Shown: positions 27,277 to 36,045 of the stretch, one piece after another
Layout: each line of letters begins with the position of its first letter
How positions within the stretch are numbered: position 1 is the first letter of the stretch
DNA from: an uncultured Pseudomonadota bacterium
GTDB taxonomy: Bacteria; Myxococcota_A; Polyangia; Fen-1088
Length of the DNA stretch: 64,000 bases
NCBI GenBank assembly: GCA_963847705.1
Contig: CAWKBC010000030.1
Location: 448,001-512,000, forward strand
Reading direction: 5' to 3'
Notes under the pieces: generated by a model
Seen by the model: only the letters and a program-made list of their open reading frames with translations
Database searches by the model: none
What the model was told of the DNA's origin: nothing
Program-made: the position numbers and the translations under genes

Positions 27277-27774
27277 ATGAAGACCACGATGAGGATCGCG
27301 ATGGCCGGGATGGTGGCCTACCTGTTCGTGGGCGTGGCGCGCGCCGCCGATCCGCCCTCCACGGCCGAGGTCCTCGACAAGCTCCACAATTCGAACCTGA
27401 CGGAGATCGAGGCCGGCAAGCTGGCCCAGGACAACGGGCACTCGCAGGCCACCAAGGACTACGGGAAGATGCTGGTGAGTGAGCACACCAGCGCGGACAA
27501 GCAGGTCGTGGCGCTCGCCAAGGAAGAGAAGATCGATCTGTCGGCCAGCACGCCGGTCGTCGGCGCCAAGAGCCTGGCCGACCTGAGCGCTGGTCCCGCG
27601 TTCGATCGCCGCTTCGCGCGCTCGATGGTCGACGATCACAAGAAGGACATCGCCGAGGTGACCGCGGCCCGCGACAGCACGACCGACGCCAAGCTCAAGG
27701 CGCTCCTGACGGGCATGCTGCCCACGCTGGAGAAGCACGAGAGCATGGCCCAGAGTCTCGAGCACGGAAAGTAG
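27277..27774 (+). CDS. DUF4142 domain secreted protein
   Basis: Signal peptide, N..EI.AG.LA, M...H, FDR.F...MV.DH and LPTL..H...A. Confidence 0.88.
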   Translation: MKTTMRIAMAGMVAYLFVGVARAADPPSTAEVLDKLHNSNLTEIEAGKLAQDNGHSQATKDYGKMLVSEHTSADKQVVALAKEEKIDLSASTPVVGAKSLADLSAGPAFDRRFARSMVDDHKKDIAEVTAARDSTTDAKLKALLTGMLPTLEKHESMAQSLEHGK

Positions 27775-27834
27775 CGGTCGCGTCGCGGCCTGGGCGGCCC
27801 TGTGTGGGATCGTCAGGATTGTCCGCGTCGGCGC

Positions 27835-29610
27835 TCAGGCCGAGCCGGCCAGGAACAGCCGCTCGCGCTCGGCCACCAAGGCCTCGACCTCGGTGGCGGA
27901 GCCGAGCGCCAGGGCTCGCTCCGCGAAGGCGCGCGCCGCGGCGAGCGTCGTCCTTCGGATTCGGTTCTTCACGGCCAGGATCTCTCCGGGGGCGACGCTG
28001 AGCCCGCGCAGGCCGAGTCCCAGCAGGAGCTCGGTGTAGAGCGGCTCACCGGCGATGTCGCCGCAGATGGTGAGCGGCCGCCCGGTCTCCCGGGCCACGT
28101 CTGCGACCGAGCCGACCAGGCGCAACACCGCCGGATGGAGCGGCTGGTAGTAGGGGGCGACGGATTCATCCTCGCGATCGGCGGCGAGCACGTACTGGAC
28201 GAGGTCGTTCGTCCCCAGACTGAAGAAGTCGACCTCCGGGGCAAGCTGGCGCACGATGAGGGCCGCCGCCGGGATCTCGATCATCGCCCCGATGGGGATC
28301 TTCGGGTCGAAGGCCTGTCCCGCGGCGGCCAGCTCGCGCTCTACCTCCCCGATGATCTGGCGCGTGCGGCGAATCTCCTCGGGGCCCCCCACCACGGGCA
28401 GCAGGATGGAGATGGGATGCGTGGCGCTCACGCGCAGGAAGGCGCGGAGCTGGCGTTTCAGAATGTCGGGGTGCTTGAGCAGGAGACGGATCCCCCGCTC
28501 GGCCAGCGACGGGTTGCGGGAGGCGGGGAGCGGCAGCGATGACAGCTGCTTGTCGCCCCCCACGTCGAGCAGGCGAAAAACGATCCGCCGCGGGTGAAGG
28601 CGCGTGGCGGCCTTCTCGAGAAACTCGAACTGCTCCTCCTCGGTCGGAAGCGCGCTCCGGATCGCGTAGCCGAACTCGGTGCGGTAGAGCCCGATCCCGT
28701 CCGCCTTGTAGAGCATCGCCGCCTCGGTGTCGGCGAGCTTGCTGGCGTTGGCGAAGAGGCCGACGGCCGTCCCGTCCGCGGTGACCGCGGGCAGGTCGAT
28801 GAGGTCGCGCAGCTTGTCCTTGTCGGTCCGGAAGTCCTTCTCCAGCCGCTCGTACTCGCGCTCGACCGAGCGGGGCGGGTTGACGAAGACCACGCCCGCG
28901 ATTCCGTCGACGATCAGCCGATCCCCGGTCTTGATCCGGAGCGGCGCCCCGGCGATGCCGATGACCGCCGGCGTCCCCTGCGAGCGGGCCAGGATCGAGG
29001 CGTGCGAGAACCGCCCGCCGTGCTCGCTCACCAGGGCCCGAACGCCGCCCAGGTCGAGGCGGGCGGTCACCGAGGGGAGCAGCTCGTCCGCGACGACGAC
29101 GGCCCCTTCCGGGACCTCGAGCTGCTGCTGCTCGTCGACGAGCGCGGAGAGGACCCGGCGGCCGACGTCGCGGATGTCCGCCGCCCGCTCGCGCAAATAG
29201 GGGTCGGGGATGTCGTCGAAGGTGCGGGTGAACTTCTGGACGATCTCGGCGACCGCGCTCTCCAGGTTGATGTTCTGGTCGCGGACCAGGGCCGAGACCT
29301 GGGTGCGCAGGATCGGATCCCGCACCACCAGGGCCTGGGCCGCGAAGATGTCGCCCTCGCTCGGGCCGAGGCTGTCGTCGACCGCTTTTTTGAGTGCCAG
29401 GAGGTCCCGCTCGGCCTGACCCAGCGCCACGTCGAATCGCGCCAGCTCGCTGTCGACCTCGGCGGCCGCGATCTCGCGCCGGAGGGCGGGCGCCCCGACG
29501 CCACAGGCCAGCACGTAGGCCGTCCCCCGACCAATTCCGGGGGAGACGGCCGTCCCCCGCATCAGCCCCTCCGCGGCGGGGGGGGCCCCGTTGCCCTCTT
29601 CTCGGGTCAC
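27835..29610 (-). CDS. ptsI: PEP-protein phosphotransferase (PTS enzyme I), no GAF domain
   Basis: YLRERAADIRD, phospho-His in SHASILARS, GIGLYRTEF, GAMIEIP, FFSLGTNDL.QY and ICGD. Confidence 0.93.
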   Translation of the reverse strand: MTREEGNGAPPAAEGLMRGTAVSPGIGRGTAYVLACGVGAPALRREIAAAEVDSELARFDVALGQAERDLLALKKAVDDSLGPSEGDIFAAQALVVRDPILRTQVSALVRDQNINLESAVAEIVQKFTRTFDDIPDPYLRERAADIRDVGRRVLSALVDEQQQLEVPEGAVVVADELLPSVTARLDLGGVRALVSEHGGRFSHASILARSQGTPAVIGIAGAPLRIKTGDRLIVDGIAGVVFVNPPRSVEREYERLEKDFRTDKDKLRDLIDLPAVTADGTAVGLFANASKLADTEAAMLYKADGIGLYRTEFGYAIRSALPTEEEQFEFLEKAATRLHPRRIVFRLLDVGGDKQLSSLPLPASRNPSLAERGIRLLLKHPDILKRQLRAFLRVSATHPISILLPVVGGPEEIRRTRQIIGEVERELAAAGQAFDPKIPIGAMIEIPAAALIVRQLAPEVDFFSLGTNDLVQYVLAADREDESVAPYYQPLHPAVLRLVGSVADVARETGRPLTICGDIAGEPLYTELLLGLGLRGLSVAPGEILAVKNRIRRTTLAAARAFAERALALGSATEVEALVAERERLFLAGSA

Positions 29611-29708
29611 GCGTCGCTCCTGAGGTCGAGGTTTACCGAACCGAGCTCCATTGTCGATGGTGTTCGATTCGCGACCCGGAGGCCCGGATGTGGCACCCTT
29701 CGGGGCAA

Positions 29709-30408
29709 GTGACGTCGTCGGGCGCAGCGCAACTTTGGGGCGGGCTGAAGGTGGCCCGCGTCTCGGACATGGGCGAGGAGGAGCGCGGCGGCAGTGCGGT
29801 CGTCGTCCTGCACGGGTGGGGTGCGCCGGGGGACGATTCTGGTGCCGCTCGCGGAGGCGCTCGGGCGTCCGGGCGTGCGGTTCTTCGTTCCGGCGGCGCC
29901 GCTCCCCGAGATGGGTGGCGGCCGCGCCTGGTGGCACCTGGACCCGAACGCCCGACCGCCGCACGCGGCCACCGATCAACTGCCCCCCGGCTTTCAGCCC
30001 AACCCGGCGGTGGTCGCCGCGCGCGCGGCGGTGCAGGGCCTGCTGGCGACGGTGGCCGACCGCTACGCGCCGACGGCGGTGGCGCTCGTCGGCTTCTCGC
30101 AGGGCGCGATGCTCTCGATCGACGTCGCCCTGGCCGGGGCACCGGCCGTCGATCTGGTGGTGGCGCTGTCCGGCGTCTTGCTGATGGATTCGGTATCGGC
30201 GTTGACGGCGCCGCATCCGAGCCGCCCGCGGTTCCTGCTCACGCATGGCCGCCGCGATCCGGTGGTCGCCTTCTCGAACGGCGACCGCGCCAGGGAGCTG
30301 CTGGAGAAACACGGCTTCTCCGTGACCTGGCGGCCGTTCGACGGGGGCCACGAGATCCCGCGGCCCGTGCTGGCCGACGTGGACCGGTTTCTTTTTCCAC
30401 GGTCGTAG
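29709..30408 (+). pseudogene. Phospholipase/carboxylesterase (alpha/beta hydrolase) with a +1 frameshift near 29837 (possibly an artefact)
   Basis: VVVLHGWGAPGDD in one frame continues as LVPLAE...GFSQGAM...HGRRDPVV...F.GGHEI in another. Confidence 0.88.
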
Positions 30409-30410
30409 CG

Positions 30411-30860
30411 TCAGCTGGTGAGGCCCCTCAGCAGATGTCTGAGGAGCTGATCGCCGCATTCGCGATAGTTCCGGTGGTCCGGCCGGCGGAAGAGGGCGCT
30501 CAGCTCGCCCTTCGAAACCTCGAGGCCCACCCTGGCCAGGAGCGCGATGAGGTCGTCGTCCTTGAGCGCGAAGGCGACGCGGATCTTCTTCAGCACGGTG
30601 TTGTTGGTGACCGGAAGCTCGATCGGTTGCGGCGGTCGGCTCTCGTCCTTGCCGCGCTTGTAGGTGACCAGGCCGTTGAGGAACTGCGCCATCGCCTTGT
30701 CGCTGCATGGCTGGTAGCCGGCCTCGTCTTCCTTCTTGAGAAGAGCGACGATCTCGTCCCTGCTGATCTCGCGCTGGCCGAGCCGGAAGATGTCGGCGAG
30801 TCCCGCGTCGCTGACGTTCAGCAGATAGCGCAGGCTCCGGAGCACGTCGTTGTGGGTCAT
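30411..30860 (-). CDS. DUF1456 (YehS) family protein
   Basis: MTHNDVLRSLRY.L, FLNGL...KRG, NN.VLKK.RVA and HRNYRECGDQ.LR. Confidence 0.92.
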   Translation of the reverse strand: MTHNDVLRSLRYLLNVSDAGLADIFRLGQREISRDEIVALLKKEDEAGYQPCSDKAMAQFLNGLVTYKRGKDESRPPQPIELPVTNNTVLKKIRVAFALKDDDLIALLARVGLEVSKGELSALFRRPDHRNYRECGDQLLRHLLRGLTS

Positions 30861-30867
30861 GTGCGCG

Positions 30868-32376
30868 CTAGCGCGCCAGCCCCACCTTGAACTTCTTGCC
30901 CTTGATGCGGCCGGCGCCCAGCCGCTGGATCGCGCGGTTCGCGCTCCCCTTGGCGATCGCCACGTAGGAAAATCGATCGTGGATCTCGATCTTGCCCACC
31001 TCGCTCCCCTCGAATCCACCCGCCTCGCCCGTCAGCGCGCCCAGGATGTCGCCCGGACGCAGCTTGTCCTTGCGGCCGCCCGAGATGTACAGCGTCTCCA
31101 TCGTGGCGTCGGCGAAGGTGGCCGGGACGATGGCCGGCTGGGGCAGGGGCGCGTCGTCGGCCTTCGCGTCTTTCAGGTCCGTCGAGGGCGACTCCGCCGA
31201 GGGCGTCGCCTGACGCTCCAGCCGTGCCCCGATCGCCGCCTCGATGGCCTTCACCTTGTCGCGATCCTGGGGGCCGACCAGCGACACCGCCGTTCCCGGC
31301 TTCCCGGCGCGTCCCGTGCGTCCGATGCGATGGACGTAGATCTCTGGCTGAAAGGGCAGCTCGAAGTTCACCACCAGATCCAGCCCTTCGATGTCGAGGC
31401 CGCGCGCAGCGACGTCCGTCGCCACCAGGACGCGAATGCTGTGGTTGCGAAACTTCGCCATCACGAAGTCGCGCTCTTTCTGTTCGAGGCCTCCGTGCAG
31501 GCTGGCGCTGCTGACGCCCGCCGCGCCGAGGGCCTGCTCGATCCGGGCGACGGTCGCCTTGAAGTTACAGAAGACGATGGCTGATTCAGGTGGGTTGGTT
31601 CGGAGGATCGCCAGCAGCGTCCCCAGGCGGCCCTGGCCCTTCTGGTCGTCCACGACGTAGGCCAGCTGGCGCAACAGATTCTTCGGTCCGTCCGACTCAC
31701 CGACCTTCAGCCGCTCGGGATTCTGCTGATGCGCCTTGATCATCGCGTCGATCGAGCGCGGATAGGTGGCCGAGAAGAAGACGGTCTGCCGGGGCTTGGG
31801 CGCGCCGCTCAGGATCTTCTCCATCTCCTCGCCGAACCCCATGTCCAGCATGCGGTCGGCCTCGTCGACGACGACGGTCGCGACGCCGCTCAGATCCAGC
31901 GAGCCGCGCACGATGTGGTCGAGCGCCCGGCCCGGCGTTCCCACGACCACGTGGACGCCCAGCGCCAGCGCCGCCAGCTGCGGCTTCATCGGTTGCCCGC
32001 CCGAGAGGATCAAGACCTGAAGGTCCGCCTCCCGCCGACCGAGCTTGCGGAAGTCGCGCGCCACCTGCGTGCAGAGCTCGCGCGTGGGACAGAGGACCAG
32101 CGCCTGCGGGTGGCGCTTGCCCCGTTTCAGCTTCTGCAAGATCGCCAGCGCGAAGGCCGCCGTCTTCCCGCTGCCGGTGGTCGACTGCCCGATCAGATCG
32201 CGGCCCGCCAGCAAGAGAGGAATGGCGCGCGCCTGGACCGGCGTCGGCGCGGCGAAGCCCAGCTCCGCCACCACCTGACAGAGGGTGGGGGCAAGGCCGA
32301 GCGCGGCGAACCCGCCGTCAGCCGGGGGCGGAGGCGCCGAGTGGTTCACCGTGCGGTTCATCGGCGTGCGGTTCAT
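30868..32376 (-). CDS. dbpA: ATP-dependent DEAD-box RNA helicase DbpA
   Basis: TGSGKT, PTREL, DEAD, SAT, HRIGRTGRAG and the DbpA RNA-binding tail GGRKDKLRPGDILGAL. Confidence 0.95.
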   Translation of the reverse strand: MNRTPMNRTVNHSAPPPPADGGFAALGLAPTLCQVVAELGFAAPTPVQARAIPLLLAGRDLIGQSTTGSGKTAAFALAILQKLKRGKRHPQALVLCPTRELCTQVARDFRKLGRREADLQVLILSGGQPMKPQLAALALGVHVVVGTPGRALDHIVRGSLDLSGVATVVVDEADRMLDMGFGEEMEKILSGAPKPRQTVFFSATYPRSIDAMIKAHQQNPERLKVGESDGPKNLLRQLAYVVDDQKGQGRLGTLLAILRTNPPESAIVFCNFKATVARIEQALGAAGVSSASLHGGLEQKERDFVMAKFRNHSIRVLVATDVAARGLDIEGLDLVVNFELPFQPEIYVHRIGRTGRAGKPGTAVSLVGPQDRDKVKAIEAAIGARLERQATPSAESPSTDLKDAKADDAPLPQPAIVPATFADATMETLYISGGRKDKLRPGDILGALTGEAGGFEGSEVGKIEIHDRFSYVAIAKGSANRAIQRLGAGRIKGKKFKVGLAR

Positions 32377-32500
32377 CGGATCGCTGGCAGATAGCAACTA
32401 CGCCAGGAAAGTCCACGTATTTGCACGCCGCGCCTCGCCTTTCTCTGATCGTGGGACCTGGCGTATGGTCCGACCTCACCCCCCAGCTCGGAGGTTTACG

Positions 32501-33241
32501 ATGAACCCGAAGTCGACCGACCCGAAGTTGCTCAGCCGAAAAGAGTTCTTCGTCTTGACCGTGACCTTGGTCGGCGCAGCCGCCCTCGAGTCGAACTGTA
32601 CATCGAGTGACGGCGGCGACATGGGCACGGGGGGCACCGGTGCGACGGGCAGCGGTGGAAGTGGCACCGGCGGAACGGGCACCGGTGGAACGGCAACTGG
32701 TGGAACGACGGGCACGGGTGGAACGACCGGCACGGGTGGAACGGCAACGGGTGGAACGACGGGCACTGGTGGAACGGGCACCGGCGGAACGACCGGCACC
32801 GGTGGCGCGGCTGGCGGCTCCGGGGGCAGCGGGACTGGCGGCGCCGCCGGCAAGGGCGGAAGCGGGGGCGGGGGAACGACGGGGGGCGCTGGGCACGCCG
32901 GTGGAACCGGCGGGAATGCCGGCACGTCCGGTGGTGGCGGCGTGGGCGGACCCGGCGGAAGCAGCGGGTCTTCCTGCACGCTCCCCCTCCCCGAGAAGCA
33001 GCTCGCCGTCACCGCTTCGGACTCCAATCTCCACACTCACACGGTGGTGGTCAACGCGACCACCCTCAACGCCACCACCTCGCAGACGCTGACCACGAGC
33101 AGCGCCGGGACTCCGGCGCACACACACATGATCACGTTGACGCCGGCCAATCTCACCACCCTGCGCGGCGGTGGGATGGTGCAGATCGAGTCGACCAACG
33201 ACAGCAACCACACCCACACCTATCAGATCAGCTGCACCTAG
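32501..33241 (+). CDS. Gly/Thr-rich exported (lipo)protein with a His-rich C-terminal domain
   Basis: GGAGG RBS, Tat-like SRKEF followed by Cys, GTGG repeats, and three HTH (HxH) motifs ending YQISCT. Confidence 0.8.
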   Translation: MNPKSTDPKLLSRKEFFVLTVTLVGAAALESNCTSSDGGDMGTGGTGATGSGGSGTGGTGTGGTATGGTTGTGGTTGTGGTATGGTTGTGGTGTGGTTGTGGAAGGSGGSGTGGAAGKGGSGGGGTTGGAGHAGGTGGNAGTSGGGGVGGPGGSSGSSCTLPLPEKQLAVTASDSNLHTHTVVVNATTLNATTSQTLTTSSAGTPAHTHMITLTPANLTTLRGGGMVQIESTNDSNHTHTYQISCT

Positions 33242-33366
33242 GCCGCCGACCCTCGGCGTTCGTCAACGCAGGTCTGCGATGGCGCGCAAAAAAGAACGCG
33301 CCGAGAGGCAAGGCCGCTCGGCGCGTGCGAGACGTTGGAAGGACCAGAGGCCTTCGACGAGGCCGG

Positions 33367-34296
33367 CTACAGGCCGCCCTTGCCGGCGTAGCCGTGCAAG
33401 ACCGCCGTTCCCAGCACCTTGCCCGAGCTCATCGCAGTCGCCAGCGCGGTCCTCGCGTTGTCGACGCTCGTGCCGGTGATCGAGAGCGTCGCCGTCGACA
33501 GCGCGTAGATCGTGAACTCGTACTCGTCGCCCATGGTGCCGTTCATCGTGGTCGCGCAGGGCGCCAGGAAGGTTCCGCTCTGTTTGGCCCCGGCGAGCCC
33601 CCCGCTCAAAGTCATGGTCAACCCTTCCGGCAGACCCATGACGGTGGGGGAGATATTCCAGATGGCCCAGTGCTCGCCAAACATGACCATGCTGCCGCCC
33701 ATGTTGATGAGCGTCGTGTCCAGGAAGGTCATGGCGAACGACATGGTTCCCGCCGGTGGATTTGTCCAGTCGAGCTCGGGATTGATGCCGTTTCCGATGT
33801 TGCCGACCGTCTTTCCCGACAGAGCAGGGCTCTCGGCGCAGGTGTACTTCGAAGCGAAGTGCGCGTTGTCCGCGAGCTCCGTGCTGGTCAGCGAGAAAGC
33901 GGTGCCCGAGCTCCCCCCCCGCCGCTGATCCCGGCCGTGCCGCCGGTGCCGTTCGAATCCGCCGCCAGCGTGACCGGCGCCGCCGGCCGTGCCGCCGGTC
34001 CCAGTGATGCCGCCGGTGGCCGTGCCACCCGTGCCAGTGACGCCGCCGGTGGCGGTGCCGCCGGTGCCGGTGATACCGCCGGTGGCGGTGCCGCCGGTGC
34101 CGGTGATGCCCCCGGTGCCGGGCACGCCGCCGGTGGCGGTCGTACCGCCCGTCGCCGATCCGCCCGTGCCACTGCTTTGGCCCCCCGTCCCCGGCGAGCC
34201 GCCGGTGCCTCCTCCTCCATCGCTGGAAGTGCAGCCGAAGCCGACAGCGAGACCGAGGAATGCCAGTGCCAACCGGGGGAATTTGACAGGGTGCAT
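33367..34296 (-). CDS. YbhB/YbcL (PEBP/RKIP-like) lipoprotein with a Gly/Thr linker
   Basis: Lipobox VGFGC, F.LTS, NPEL.W..PP.GT.SFA....D, HWAIWNI and Y.FT.YAL. Confidence 0.88.
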   Translation of the reverse strand: MHPVKFPRLALAFLGLAVGFGCTSSDGGGGTGGSPGTGGQSSGTGGSATGGTTATGGVPGTGGITGTGGTATGGITGTGGTATGGVTGTGGTATGGITGTGGTAGGAGHAGGGFERHRRHGRDQRRGGSSGTAFSLTSTELADNAHFASKYTCAESPALSGKTVGNIGNGINPELDWTNPPAGTMSFAMTFLDTTLINMGGSMVMFGEHWAIWNISPTVMGLPEGLTMTLSGGLAGAKQSGTFLAPCATTMNGTMGDEYEFTIYALSTATLSITGTSVDNARTALATAMSSGKVLGTAVLHGYAGKGGL

Positions 34297-34410
34297 CCTG
34301 TCAAATGGGTGATCGACGACCAAACCTTCAGCCATTGGCCGAAAATTGCCCGTGGAGCTCCCGATTCGTGGCGCCCCGCGCCAGGTCCGCCCGAAGGCCG
34401 GCGCGTTCGT

Positions 34411-34854
34411 TCACTTCCCCAGACCGGCGAGGCCGCTCTTCTTCGGGTGCTTATCCAGCCATTTCTTCAGGGCCCGGAAGGCCTTCGCGCCGCCGGTCAG
34501 GAAGACGTCGCCGAACCGATCGAGATCGGCGCGAAGATGACGAAATCCGGCGGCCGGATCGTCGGAGAAGCCAGGGTATTGGCCCTCCGCCGGTATTCGA
34601 TCGAGCGCCCGGACACCGCGAACGAGGTCCTCGTGGGAGAGCGACTCGTCCCCGAAGTGGTACCGGACGAGGACGAGCGAGCGGCGAACGTGGAGCTCGA
34701 GGCGCCGATCGCCGCGTCGAAACTCGCCCAGCGCCAACCCGCCGCCGCTGCCATCATCGTCGTCCACGGCGCTGAACACGAAGCCGGCGGGGCCCAGCGC
34801 CTCTGCCAGCTCCGCCGCGCCCTGGTCGAGCAGCTGCCTCGGAGTCATCGTCAT
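34411..34854 (-). CDS. Hypothetical protein
   Basis: 147-aa ORF with globular composition and GC3 bias. Confidence 0.7.
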   Translation of the reverse strand: MTMTPRQLLDQGAAELAEALGPAGFVFSAVDDDDGSGGGLALGEFRRGDRRLELHVRRSLVLVRYHFGDESLSHEDLVRGVRALDRIPAEGQYPGFSDDPAAGFRHLRADLDRFGDVFLTGGAKAFRALKKWLDKHPKKSGLAGLGK

Positions 34855-34910
34855 CGCCGCAGTATGGCGCGGCGACGAGGCGCGATGGTCACTCTCGCGC
34901 GATCAATCGT

Positions 34911-35093
34911 TCAGTCGGTCGCCGCGCCGATCACCGAATCCCAGTGCGGCTCCGGCGATCTGGCCGGCGCGCTCTCGGTGCCGGACCGGGAAGGCGGCAT
35001 CCCGCCTTCGATGTCTTCGAGGTCTTCATTGTCCTGAAATTTGGAGGCGATGGGGACGACCGGCGTCGGGGCGCCAGACGGATCGGGGAACAT
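34911..35093 (-). CDS. Small 60-aa protein with an acidic EDLEDIEGG motif
   Basis: AAAGGAG RBS before ATG 35093. Ends EPHWDSVIGAATD. Confidence 0.6.
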   Translation of the reverse strand: MFPDPSGAPTPVVPIASKFQDNEDLEDIEGGMPPSRSGTESAPARSPEPHWDSVIGAATD

Positions 35094-35367
35094 GGATCGG
35101 ACTCCTTTCGAGTGACGGCGAGCTGAGCAAACGCCGAGCCACCCGGCCGGCCGCGATTTCCTGCGGCCTTCGCCGGCCTTCTGCGGCGTTCCGTCCGAAA
35201 AGGCGCGCAGCCGCGGTGGCATCGCGAAGCCGCCCACGCACCCGGGCGGCGGCCTCTAGGTGTCGTCACCTGATTCCTCGGCTCGGGGCTACGGTATTTC
35301 CACCCGCGCTGCACATTCAACATCGAGGTACCAGGTCGCCGTGGAGAGACGATGAAGGGGCGAGGCC

Positions 35368-36045
35368 ATGAACCTGAGACGTCGGATGACCTTGGCGGTG
35401 GCAGCGATGACGATTGTCGCTGCCGGGGGGGGAGCCTTCGCCGCTTCGGCCGATTCTGCCGATGCCGGCGCTGCGCCGGACAGCGGCGAGAAGCGGGTGT
35501 CGGACGGGACGCCGGTCAGCAAGATCGGTTTGACCATCCTGGCGGGCGGCGGCGTCACCGACTTTACCCAGGGGGCCACCCGTGACGAGACGAGCCTGGG
35601 CGGCTCTTGGGACGTCCGGGTCCTCATCGCCACCCGCCACTGGCTCGGTTTCGAGGCGTCGTACATCGGCAGCGCCAACCCGATCAAAGGGCTCGGGTTC
35701 TCCAGCAACAGCAAGCTGGTGCGCAACGGGATCGAGGGGGCTCTCCGGGTGCAGGCCCCGCTGCGTCACCACTGCCTGCTGCTCGAGCCTTACATCCTGG
35801 GCGGCGCCGGCTGGAATGCCTACCGGGTGACGAACGTCGACCCGACCACCGCGAGCGCCACCACGAACAACGACAACACCCTGGTGCTGCCGTTCGCCGT
35901 CGGATTCATGTTCGGCTACAAGGGCTTCGTGGGCGACGTGCGGTACACGATTCGTCCGACCTACCAGCAGACCCTGCTGGCCAACCAGGGGGCGAACGGT
36001 CTCACCAACTGGGACGCGGGCGTGATGATCGGCTTCGAATTCTAG
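35368..36045 (+). CDS. Outer-membrane beta-barrel protein (8-strand OMP-like)
   Basis: Signal peptide, amphipathic strands, EPY..GG.G and terminal Phe (IGFEF). Confidence 0.85.
   Translation: MNLRRRMTLAVAAMTIVAAGGGAFAASADSADAGAAPDSGEKRVSDGTPVSKIGLTILAGGGVTDFTQGATRDETSLGGSWDVRVLIATRHWLGFEASYIGSANPIKGLGFSSNSKLVRNGIEGALRVQAPLRHHCLLLEPYILGGAGWNAYRVTNVDPTTASATTNNDNTLVLPFAVGFMFGYKGFVGDVRYTIRPTYQQTLLANQGANGLTNWDAGVMIGFEF

Noticed and set aside
27835-30708. 957-aa extended enzyme I, and similar long 5' extensions (24798, 40073, 42169, 12586)
   Set aside because: The extensions overlap other genes and read as Arg/Pro-rich noise. Internal starts fit the families.
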